A stretch of 42,055 nucleotides of DNA from Pseudobdellovibrionaceae bacterium (lineage in GTDB: Bacteria; Bdellovibrionota; Bdellovibrionia; Bdellovibrionales; Bdellovibrionaceae). The position numbers and the translations under genes were made by a program. The notes under the pieces were generated by a model. That model ran no database searches, was not told the origin of the DNA, and saw nothing but the letters and a program-made list of their open reading frames with translations. Positions 9,317 to 17,627 of this stretch are shown here, in pieces (position 1 is the first letter of the stretch; every line of letters begins with the position of its first letter). The stretch covers positions 1-42,055 of the forward strand of contig JBIKLL010000017.1 of NCBI GenBank assembly GCA_044359815.1. Direction: 5' to 3'.

Positions 9317-11335
9317 CTAGCCCCTCGTTTTAGTCAGAAAATATAAAATCATCAGCTGATGTATGCCCTCTAAACCATTTCTCCATTTGGGTGGCCAATA
9401 GCTTCTGGTCAACTGTCTGATATTCAAAAACCATTTTTCTGCAAATGCTTGAATCATTTCAGCAGATGGCTTGCCGCTGATTCTGACCTTAGCCGTATCA
9501 ATACTGCCAGTATCCTGCATGATTTCTACCTGACAGGATAGCTCCTTAAGATTCATCAAAAAATCTAATACTCCAGGATCAGCTTTGATTTCATACTCAC
9601 ACTGCAAATCACGCCTTTCTCCATTTAATATCTGCTCCACACTCATGGAATCTGAAAAACAATATCTTATAACCCAATCAGATTTGCCTCTTTGTGGAAT
9701 GATATATTTTTCCCCATCTAATTTTCTGGCTTCAAAAGACTTAACAATAGAATCCCGATCATGCTTGCGGTCTTTAGAATCCCGTTCAAGCTTCCAAGCC
9801 AATCTGAGCTCAGGCTGGGGATCCAAAAATATTTTCAGATTCATTGCATCTCTAAAATCTTCTGAAAACAATGAATGCAGCCCTTGCATAACCACAGTTT
9901 TTGATGGCACCAGCTCGCGCGGCTGAGTGAACTTGCCTGTTTGATGGTTGTAATGCCGAAAGTGAAAGGACCTTCCCATACTGATCAGTCTTATATGATT
10001 CATCATTTCTTTTAGATGATTAGAAAATGGATTTAAATGAGTCAGGTATTCCCAATTGGGATCACGTCTTTCCCATTTGTGGTAGTCATCGCCTTCAATC
10101 ACTTGAACCGAGGATTCCGAAAACAGATCACTTATCAATCCAGTAAAATAATTTTTCCCAGCTCCAGAGTCTCCACTCAATCCCAAAATATAGGTCTTAC
10201 CCCGCTCAGTTATCGGGGATTCAAAAGTAATCACATAATTATATATTGAAAGCATGGCCCCCAATAGTGTCACTTGCAATGCCGTCAACACTAAGCTCTT
10301 CATCAATGGATCTGGCATTTTATTAAAAAGCTCAAAATATCCAAAATAAAGCAAAATCATGGCAGCAAATATCAACTTAGAAGCTGAATAATATCTGGCC
10401 CAAAAAATGGCAAAGAAAGGCATGACCCAAAAATACCACCCAGGCATCGGATTTGTGATCAGCAACAAAGCTCCCATTATCAAACCTGATCCAAAAAACA
10501 GCCCATCTTCACTTATCTTCGTACTAAATACCATTCTTGCAATGGTTGCGAACAACAGAAAAAGTCCAATATACAAAACGTGAGTCTCTGAAAGCTTAAA
10601 TTGCATCGCAAACACTCTGAGAGCTTCCGGTGAGCCTGCAGAAATATAATCTGCATTTTGGGCTAAAATATTTGGCAGCAAACCAAACCCAACCAGAATC
10701 AACAAAACCCCTGACCAAGTCAAAATTTTAACCAGGGCTTGCTTTAAAAAATGGGTATTCCAAATATAAGCCATAAAAAATGGGATTAAAATAATCACAT
10801 GAAACTTAGACAATATAGCTGCAGCAAAGCAAACCGAACTGCTCAGAATATTTTTCTGCATCAACTGGTAAATTGCCAACACCGTGAAAAACATCACGAT
10901 TAAATCCAACTGGCCATGCAAATAGGAAATATAAATCACAACAGGGTTGAGCCAATAATAAACCTGCAGTCTTTTGAAATTAATTTCAAATATACTAGTC
11001 AGCAATACCAAAAAACCTACATCGAAAATCAAAAGCGGAAACTTCATCAGCACGACGCTCAAAATTGAATTGCCTAAGGCCAGTTCTCCAAAAAGTGTGT
11101 AGAAAATCATTTTTGGTACAAAAAACAATACAAACAAAACTAACCCATAGGGAAAATCCGCTGGGCTAGACAGCATCCACGGATTTGCTGGAAACTGAGT
11201 GACGGCCTTATCCACAAAGGGGATAAATTTATCCATCATAAACTCTGAAGGCACCACAAACATCAACAAGATGCGGATCAGTAACCCAAACCAAAACAAT
11301 TTAGAGCTTAATATTTTTCTGAAGACTTCAATCAC
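9317..11335 (-). CDS. Fusion of a GT-C-fold polytopic membrane glycosyltransferase (GT87/DUF2029-like) with a C-terminal phosphoribulokinase/uridine-kinase-like P-loop domain
   Basis: N-terminal ~370 aa has about 11 TM segments with DFPYG, WLNPVVIYISYLHGQLD and PMPGWYFW. C-terminal domain has GDSGAGK, GDDYH, YNHQTG, GLH and WKLERD. Confidence 0.75.
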   Translation of the reverse strand: MIEVFRKILSSKLFWFGLLIRILLMFVVPSEFMMDKFIPFVDKAVTQFPANPWMLSSPADFPYGLVLFVLFFVPKMIFYTLFGELALGNSILSVVLMKFPLLIFDVGFLVLLTSIFEINFKRLQVYYWLNPVVIYISYLHGQLDLIVMFFTVLAIYQLMQKNILSSSVCFAAAILSKFHVIILIPFFMAYIWNTHFLKQALVKILTWSGVLLILVGFGLLPNILAQNADYISAGSPEALRVFAMQFKLSETHVLYIGLFLLFATIARMVFSTKISEDGLFFGSGLIMGALLLITNPMPGWYFWVMPFFAIFWARYYSASKLIFAAMILLYFGYFELFNKMPDPLMKSLVLTALQVTLLGAMLSIYNYVITFESPITERGKTYILGLSGDSGAGKNYFTGLISDLFSESSVQVIEGDDYHKWERRDPNWEYLTHLNPFSNHLKEMMNHIRLISMGRSFHFRHYNHQTGKFTQPRELVPSKTVVMQGLHSLFSEDFRDAMNLKIFLDPQPELRLAWKLERDSKDRKHDRDSIVKSFEARKLDGEKYIIPQRGKSDWVIRYCFSDSMSVEQILNGERRDLQCEYEIKADPGVLDFLMNLKELSCQVEIMQDTGSIDTAKVRISGKPSAEMIQAFAEKWFLNIRQLTRSYWPPKWRNGLEGIHQLMILYFLTKTRG

Positions 11336-12048
11336 ACGCGTTCCTTAGAAAGTTTCCAGATATAAATAATCATATTTTTGATGTGTTTAAATCTGGATTT
11401 AAACGAAGCTGCCCAGTTCGATAATCCATGGACTCTTGGCGGAAATTCCACTTGGATTGTTTGTATTTGATAACCATTTTTACGAGCGCAATACAGGACA
11501 TACAAATCAAAAGCGAAATCATATGGAGGATTAATGACTTGTTCCAGTAAACTTCGGTGAAAAACTTTAGGCTGAGCATTGATTTCGAACAAAAAATATC
11601 CCAAAAGCACCGAGGCTATGGTTTCAAAAACTCTGCTGACGACAAAATCTTTCCAGTTTCTGCCAAACCTTTTACCCTTTACCAACACTCTTCGTCTTTG
11701 AGATTTCAATTTCTTCAGGGCAACAAAAGCATCATTGGGGTCGCACTGTTGATCTGCATGTGACCAAGACACATATTCAGCCACTGTGGAACTCAAACCC
11801 TGCCACAATCCATAGCCGTAGCCTTGGTTATTGTCTATGCACACCACCCGAAACCAATCTCCCAATTCAGTCTCACGCAATTTGTACATGACCGCTCGGG
11901 AGTCGTCTTTTGAACCATTTTCTACCAACACTAAACCAAAGCTACGATGATCAAAACCATGTTTTTTAGCAGCTGAAATAGCTCTTTCTATTAATTGCTT
12001 GATGGACTTAGATTCATTGTAACATGGCAGTACTAATTCAAATTCCAT
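11332..12048 (-). CDS. GT2 glycosyltransferase, DPM1/GtrB-like (polyprenyl-phosphate glycosyltransferase)
   Basis: LVLPCYNE, VENGSKD, NQGYG, HADQQ (DxD equivalent), FAFDLYVL, RVHGLS. Confidence 0.85.
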   Translation of the reverse strand: MEFELVLPCYNESKSIKQLIERAISAAKKHGFDHRSFGLVLVENGSKDDSRAVMYKLRETELGDWFRVVCIDNNQGYGYGLWQGLSSTVAEYVSWSHADQQCDPNDAFVALKKLKSQRRRVLVKGKRFGRNWKDFVVSRVFETIASVLLGYFLFEINAQPKVFHRSLLEQVINPPYDFAFDLYVLYCARKNGYQIQTIQVEFPPRVHGLSNWAASFKSRFKHIKNMIIYIWKLSKERV

Positions 12049-13585
12049 CGCTTATGACTCCCGAAAAACGATTTCGTTTGGTTAAGCTCCGTCCACCAAA
12101 AACTTCATACCAATAAAGCGCTTCGGACATAGCTTGGGGATCTCCCCAGTTAATATAAGATTTAAGGGGACAAATTTTCACTGTCTTACCGGCCTCGATA
12201 AGGCAATTAAAAACCAAATCTAAATACAATTCACCATTGGCTCTAAGATTTTTTGCAGTCTGTAGCTCAATACCTTTTTGTAAAATCTGATTTGATTTAA
12301 ACCAAAAACTCCCTACCAACAAAGGATCTGCAGTTGGTGAATCCGAAATAGTCTTTTTGCAAGACACACTAACAACCTGTCCATTTTTTTCTGCATTTAC
12401 ATAGGCGTAAGATTCAGAATTTCTGCGGCTTCCTGGATACCCAGTTACGGTAAAAATAACGGCATCTGCTTCCGTCTTTGCCTTTTCAAATACATTTTCA
12501 TCTATAACAATCTCATGATCGCAGGCGGTAACAAAAACTTCCCGATCCATGGGCAGCTTCAAAGCACCAGCTAAAGTCGTCAGTGACTGACCTTCAGGAG
12601 TCTTTTCTATAAACAAAGATTCTTCGCCCCCCAGATACTTTCTATGCTCTTCCAGGGCAACAAACAGTTTTTTACCATCAAAGCAATTCACTGCCCTTTG
12701 ATAAATAGGTGACCCATCTATTTTTAAAAAAGGCTTAGGCACATCTGTAGTTTGCCGAAACCTCTTACCCATCCCAGCCATTGGGACCAAGATATGGGCC
12801 ATCTGAATCTTTGGACGTTTTTTAAAATAATTTTCAAAGGTTTTTTCCCAATAACAATAATCCGATAAATCTTCAGGTGTTCCCCACTGATAAAAAGCAG
12901 GGATTTCATAAACTGTTACAAAGGTCTCTGGATTTGCCTTCATCAAACTTTGCACAGTCAATGAAGTGTAGGATTCTCCATTGATAAAATTTTTCTCGCT
13001 AAATTGTAAATCTAAAGCCTTTAACAGCAACTTACCTGTTTTAAAATAATAGATTCCATTCGAGGCATACTCTTTTTCCCGATCTTGAAACCAACCTTTT
13101 TCCTTAATTTCTATGACTCTGTTATTTTCAACTCGGCTATAGGCATAGGGAGTTTCTGTGACATAGTGAGCATGATATCCAGAATAGGACACCAAACAAC
13201 AATCAGATTCTGTTTGTTCGACAAATCTTAAAAAATCATTGGCATCCCATTTCATCCCAAAATCGCAATAACTAACAATCACTGATTGATCTGTGTTTAA
13301 TTTGTCTTTGATTGACAGCAATGCTCGACCAGGCCCCTCGCTGTGCGCCGGCACATAAAAAACTTCTGACTGCGGTCGTAATTTCTTTAAGGTTTTTTCT
13401 AAATTGGTTTGCCTGTGGTTTTCCGCCAGCACAAAACAACAAGGCCAGTCGTTCGGAAAATTGTCCAACAGTCTGCTGATGATGGACTTACCATTAATCT
13501 CAATCAATGGTTTAGGTTCTAAATACCCTGCTTTTTTAAATCGACTCCCCTGACCTGACATGGGAACTACTAATAATGGCTTCAT
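12038..13585 (-). CDS. Tandem two-domain nucleotidyltransferase (BcbE-like / NTP transferase fold)
   Basis: Two copies of the PMxGxGxRF...PKP signature (PMSGQGSRF..PKPL and PMAGMGKRF..PKPF). Each domain ends with NGE.Y...WGxP. Confidence 0.8.
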   Translation of the reverse strand: MKPLLVVPMSGQGSRFKKAGYLEPKPLIEINGKSIISRLLDNFPNDWPCCFVLAENHRQTNLEKTLKKLRPQSEVFYVPAHSEGPGRALLSIKDKLNTDQSVIVSYCDFGMKWDANDFLRFVEQTESDCCLVSYSGYHAHYVTETPYAYSRVENNRVIEIKEKGWFQDREKEYASNGIYYFKTGKLLLKALDLQFSEKNFINGESYTSLTVQSLMKANPETFVTVYEIPAFYQWGTPEDLSDYCYWEKTFENYFKKRPKIQMAHILVPMAGMGKRFRQTTDVPKPFLKIDGSPIYQRAVNCFDGKKLFVALEEHRKYLGGEESLFIEKTPEGQSLTTLAGALKLPMDREVFVTACDHEIVIDENVFEKAKTEADAVIFTVTGYPGSRRNSESYAYVNAEKNGQVVSVSCKKTISDSPTADPLLVGSFWFKSNQILQKGIELQTAKNLRANGELYLDLVFNCLIEAGKTVKICPLKSYINWGDPQAMSEALYWYEVFGGRSLTKRNRFSGVISDGI

Positions 13586-14484
13586 TTTTTACCCAGCATT
13601 GAAATTCGGTGTTTTTCAGTAGGCAGTGATTCAATTTTATTCACTTCTTCCTCGTTCAGCGGCGTTAATTCAGTATGGTAATGGTCCAACACACAAGCTG
13701 AAGCAAAAATTTCTTTTAAATTTGTATCAGCATCATTCGCTAAAAAATAACTATTTCCATTTTTACTCAGCAGATTCTTTAGTTTAGATTGAACGACCGC
13801 CAAATCTGGAAAATATATTTTCCCAGACCATCCGGACTTTAAATAATCATTAATATTTTTAAATTTCTCAAGTTTTAAAAAATCAAATAACTCTGATTCA
13901 AACTGTTGGTATTTTTCAAAATCAGTCACTGAATTGCTAGCCAATATAACCCCGTGGTTCTGCAGAAAATAAACTTGCGCCAATGGGCTATTAAATATTT
14001 CTCGGCTCAATGACAATCCGGGAGTTTGCTTTTCAATCAAGGCAAAATCACCAAAGCTTGATCTCCAATTTTTTGCATACCAATCTAAAAAATTCCTTAA
14101 ATCTTTTTTGATTTTTTGATAGCAAACAATTGCGGTCAAACTGTGAAAATGGCAGACCCACTTAAATGGCAAAATGGCATGAAATGGAGTTTCCATAGAA
14201 GGTTTTGAATGGCCTGATTGCAATGCTTTGTTAAGAGCTTCCTCCAACCCACTGTCAGTAATGTCAAAATTCTTAATTTCATTTTTAACAAAGGATCCAT
14301 ACTTCAGCGGTGCCAGGTCACTCAGGCCCGATATTGAATCCAGTCTTTTACCTGAACCTTTAATCCACAGAATGTCATTGTCCTTAACTGACAGATTTCC
14401 GCCAGTTCCCTGTATCCAAAACACACCCCGATGCTGTATTTCCTTGCACATTCTCAAGAATACAGAAAAATCACTGCTTTCCAC
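13582..14484 (-). CDS. Class II aldolase/adducin-family Zn enzyme
   Basis: GTGGNLSVK, IKGSG, KPSMETPFH, HFHS, LQNHGVI (Zn-binding His triad). GTG start with AAGGA SD. Confidence 0.85.
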   Translation of the reverse strand: MESSDFSVFLRMCKEIQHRGVFWIQGTGGNLSVKDNDILWIKGSGKRLDSISGLSDLAPLKYGSFVKNEIKNFDITDSGLEEALNKALQSGHSKPSMETPFHAILPFKWVCHFHSLTAIVCYQKIKKDLRNFLDWYAKNWRSSFGDFALIEKQTPGLSLSREIFNSPLAQVYFLQNHGVILASNSVTDFEKYQQFESELFDFLKLEKFKNINDYLKSGWSGKIYFPDLAVVQSKLKNLLSKNGNSYFLANDADTNLKEIFASACVLDHYHTELTPLNEEEVNKIESLPTEKHRISMLGKK

Positions 14485-14630
14485 TTCAATTAATTCCTTT
14501 AAGCAGTACTATCTTTCAAGCCAAAACCGATGTCCAGCAGTCTAAAATCTCCCTCCATTAACTCTTTGCATAAAACGTATAATTTCCTGAATACTTTGGT
14601 TCAATGAAGCATCAGTAATTTTCAAACGGA

Positions 14631-15161
14631 GTGACCATGAGTTTAATGTTAAAACAGCTTTTTGCTTTTTTTAAGGTTCTCAATTCAGACACTGGCACTA
14701 ATCAAATAGCAGCCGGTTTAGCCATAGGAGTGGTCTTAGGCTTTTCGCCTTTGTTTTCTCTTCAAGGGCTGCTGATAATCATTTTGATTTTTTTCTTTAG
14801 ATTTCAAATGGGTGCCGCTTTTGTATCGGCCTTCTTTTTTAAATTCACCGCATTTTTGTTAGACCCAGTCACTAACAGTCTTGGCCAAAGCGTTCTTGAA
14901 AGCCAGTCCATGAGGCCTCTGTTCATTCAACTTTACAATATGCCCATAGTGCCCTTAACCAGATTTAATAATTCTATCGTCATGGGATCTGCTGTTATTT
15001 CTTTTGCGCTGGTTATTCCGCTGTTCTTTTGTTTCAAAGTTTTGGTCATTAAATACAGAGTCAATGTTGTTAATAAGTTCAAGCAGTCAAAAATTTGGAA
15101 AGCATGGACAGCCACAACGGTTTACAAAATGTACTCTAAATACAACGACCTTTACGGATAA
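14631..15161 (+). CDS. TIGR03546-like (DUF2062-related) membrane protein
   Basis: LNS..G.NQIAAG.A.G..LGF.P and LYNMPIVPLTRFNNSIVMGS; hydrophobic; directly precedes its usual partner. The real start may be the ATG at 14637. Confidence 0.75.
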   Translation: MTMSLMLKQLFAFFKVLNSDTGTNQIAAGLAIGVVLGFSPLFSLQGLLIIILIFFFRFQMGAAFVSAFFFKFTAFLLDPVTNSLGQSVLESQSMRPLFIQLYNMPIVPLTRFNNSIVMGSAVISFALVIPLFFCFKVLVIKYRVNVVNKFKQSKIWKAWTATTVYKMYSKYNDLYG

Positions 15162-15175
15162 AGCGGGGATTATAA

Positions 15176-17182
15176 ATGAACACTCCAGACAAAAAAACAA
15201 CCGATAAAAAACCAAAAGTCACAAAACCTCAAGGCCCCATCCGCACAGAAGCCATCATTCCCTTTTTGATAGTCGTGTTACTGATCGGTGGGTATTTCAA
15301 ATTTTTATTTGATCACAATTTAAAAACCTTAATTGAATGGGGCGGATACTTTGCTGTTGGTGCCGAAGTTAACGTAGGCTCTGTAAATACCAGTTTTTTA
15401 AAAGGAACTTTTCAAATTAATAATATACAAGTAACAGATGCTGAAAAGCCCAACTTTAATTCATTTGAAATTTCTGATATTCGTTTTGCCATTTTATGGG
15501 ATGGATTACTTCGCGCCCGAATCATCATTGATGAAATGGCTGCTGAGGGAATAAAAATTCAATCCCCCAGAAAGCGACCAGGCCGGGTCAGACCGCCAGA
15601 CCCCGTAAAGCCCCAGGATTCTGGCGGCTCAGTGATTGGTGAAAAAGCTCAAGAATTGAAAGACAAAGCCCTTGATAAGGTCGAAGAATCCCAATCGGAA
15701 AACATCCTAGGAGATCTGGCCAGCCTATTAGGTGGAACTTCTTCATCTGATCAAATGGGCAAAATTGAAGGCAATTTAGCCTCAAAAGCCAAAATCAAAG
15801 AATTTGAAAAGGCCTTCAAGGAAAAACAACAAAATTGGAACGCTAAAATCAAAACCCTACCCCAAGGCAAAGAAATCCAATCCATTGGTGATCGCCTTTC
15901 AAAGGTAAAGGTCAAAGATTTTAAATCCAAGGAAGAGCTTGAAGCTTCTCTGAAAGAAATTGATACGATTTTAAAAGATGCAGATGCTAAAGTTAAAACC
16001 ATCAGCGCCGCTAACTCTGAGCTAAACAGTGATTTAAAAACACTGGATCAACAGTATAAAGAGATTGATGAGATGGTTAAAAACGACATCAAAGCTCTTG
16101 AATCAAGATTTAAAATTCCCAAACTGGACGCTGCTTCATTGTCCAAAGCGCTGTTTGCCCAGTATACGGGACCCTATTTGGCAAAAGCCAATCGCTACAA
16201 ATCCATGGCTGAAAAATACATTCCTCCAAATTTAATGAAGAAAGACAAAAAAGCTCCCGAAGACGAAATCAAACCTCACCCTAGGGCAAAAGGCGTTTCA
16301 TATGAATTTGGACGTCCAAATTCATATCCTATGTTTTGGATTAAACGAATACTTATAAACTCCAAGGCGACACCTGAAGGTCTTGGCAACCTCGATGGTA
16401 AAATCACAAACATAACTTCAAACCAAAAGCTGATCAATCAACCCACAGTGATAACTTTTAATGGGGACTTTCCATCTTCACAGCTTTCAGGGTTAAAATC
16501 TTTGATATCCATCGATACCAGACCCGAAGATTCTTTGATCGATTTTGCTTTTGATGTGGGCCAATACCCTATCTCTGACAAGGATCTGGTTGCTTCAGAC
16601 GAAGTCTCCGTTGCGTTTGCAAAAGCTTCGGCGGGGTTTGTATCCAAGGGCTCATTGACCGGCCTGACGCGCTTTAAATATCAAATGGAAAATAAATTCA
16701 GTAACGTTCAATACAATGTCAAAGCCAAAAACCAAACTGTCTCCACCGTTCTGACGGATATTTTCAAGGACATTCCAACAGTGACAGTTGATGTATCAGC
16801 TTCTGGCAATCTGCCCCTACCGAATCTAAGCTTGAGCTCAAATTTGGGATCCGAACTACAGCGGGGACTTGAAAAACAGCTTCAAAAGAAAATCGATGAA
16901 GCTCGAAAAAAATTGGATGAATTTGTAAATGCTCAAATTGGCGCTGAACGTAAAAAGATTGAGGACGAGTTTAATAAATTCAAGTCTCAATACCAAGGTG
17001 AAATTTCAAAAATTCAAAACCAAATCAATGGTGAAAAATCAAAAGCTGAATCCAAGGTCAACACGGCCAAAAAAGAAGCCGAAAATGATGCCAAAAAAAA
17101 GCTTGAAGCCGAAGCCAAAAAAGCTCTTGGCGACGACGCCCAAAAGAAAATGGACGAACTGAAGAAAAAATTTAAATTTTAA
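15176..17182 (+). CDS. TIGR03545-like protein (N-terminal TM anchor, AsmA-like beta region, long coiled coils)
   Basis: Single TM, then GAEVNVGSV...GTFQINNIQVTDAEKP..N, PRAKG..YEF....YP.FWIK, and a Lys/Glu-rich C-terminal coiled coil. Confidence 0.75.
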   Translation: MNTPDKKTTDKKPKVTKPQGPIRTEAIIPFLIVVLLIGGYFKFLFDHNLKTLIEWGGYFAVGAEVNVGSVNTSFLKGTFQINNIQVTDAEKPNFNSFEISDIRFAILWDGLLRARIIIDEMAAEGIKIQSPRKRPGRVRPPDPVKPQDSGGSVIGEKAQELKDKALDKVEESQSENILGDLASLLGGTSSSDQMGKIEGNLASKAKIKEFEKAFKEKQQNWNAKIKTLPQGKEIQSIGDRLSKVKVKDFKSKEELEASLKEIDTILKDADAKVKTISAANSELNSDLKTLDQQYKEIDEMVKNDIKALESRFKIPKLDAASLSKALFAQYTGPYLAKANRYKSMAEKYIPPNLMKKDKKAPEDEIKPHPRAKGVSYEFGRPNSYPMFWIKRILINSKATPEGLGNLDGKITNITSNQKLINQPTVITFNGDFPSSQLSGLKSLISIDTRPEDSLIDFAFDVGQYPISDKDLVASDEVSVAFAKASAGFVSKGSLTGLTRFKYQMENKFSNVQYNVKAKNQTVSTVLTDIFKDIPTVTVDVSASGNLPLPNLSLSSNLGSELQRGLEKQLQKKIDEARKKLDEFVNAQIGAERKKIEDEFNKFKSQYQGEISKIQNQINGEKSKAESKVNTAKKEAENDAKKKLEAEAKKALGDDAQKKMDELKKKFKF

Positions 17183-17214
17183 TTCTTATTTACGTTTCAA
17201 AGTCTAAATCTAAT

Positions 17215-17310
17215 TCAGAATAAATAATACTGATGAATTCTATTTTTTTTCACGTACTTCATTCAAACCATCTGAATTCATCATGTTTTTACTGAACTGA
17301 TTTATTCTGA
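17215..17310. repeat. Nested inverted repeat (long hairpin)
   Basis: TCAGAATAAAT (17215-17225) pairs with ATTTATTCTGA (17300-17310). Inner TGATGAATTC (17231-17240) pairs with GAATTCATCA (17274-17283). Confidence 0.75.
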
Positions 17311-17529
17311 TATTTCTTCGATACAAACTATACGGTCTAGGCTGATCTTATTTGGACATAATCTGATATTTCTTAGATATAATCTATCCAGTCTAGCTTG
17401 ATCTTATTTAGACATAATCTGATATTTTTTAGATACAATCTATACAGTCTTGCCTGATCTTATCTAGACATAATCTGATATTTCTTAGATACAATCTATC
17501 CAGTCTAGCTTGATCTTATCTAGACATAA
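17306..17529. repeat. Direct tandem repeat, 4 x 56 bp, non-coding
   Basis: Units start at 17306, 17362, 17418 and 17474. Consensus TCTGATATTTCTTAGATACAATCTATCCAGTCTAGCTTGATCTTATCTAGACATAA. Confidence 0.95.
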
Positions 17530-17627
17530 TCTAATCATTTTATTAAATGAATCGAAACAATCTTGATTCGGAAATTTAAGCTTTTTTGTTCTTTGTTAAA
17601 ATCAATTCAGTTTTTGTGAGCTGACAA

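Noticed and set aside
9317..10200. Calvin-cycle phosphoribulokinase / autotrophy
   Set aside because: The domain is fused to a membrane glycosyltransferase, has altered Mg ligands, and has no cbb genes nearby.
17306..17529. CRISPR array
   Set aside because: Units are contiguous near-identical 56-mers with no unique spacers, and no cas genes are in the window.
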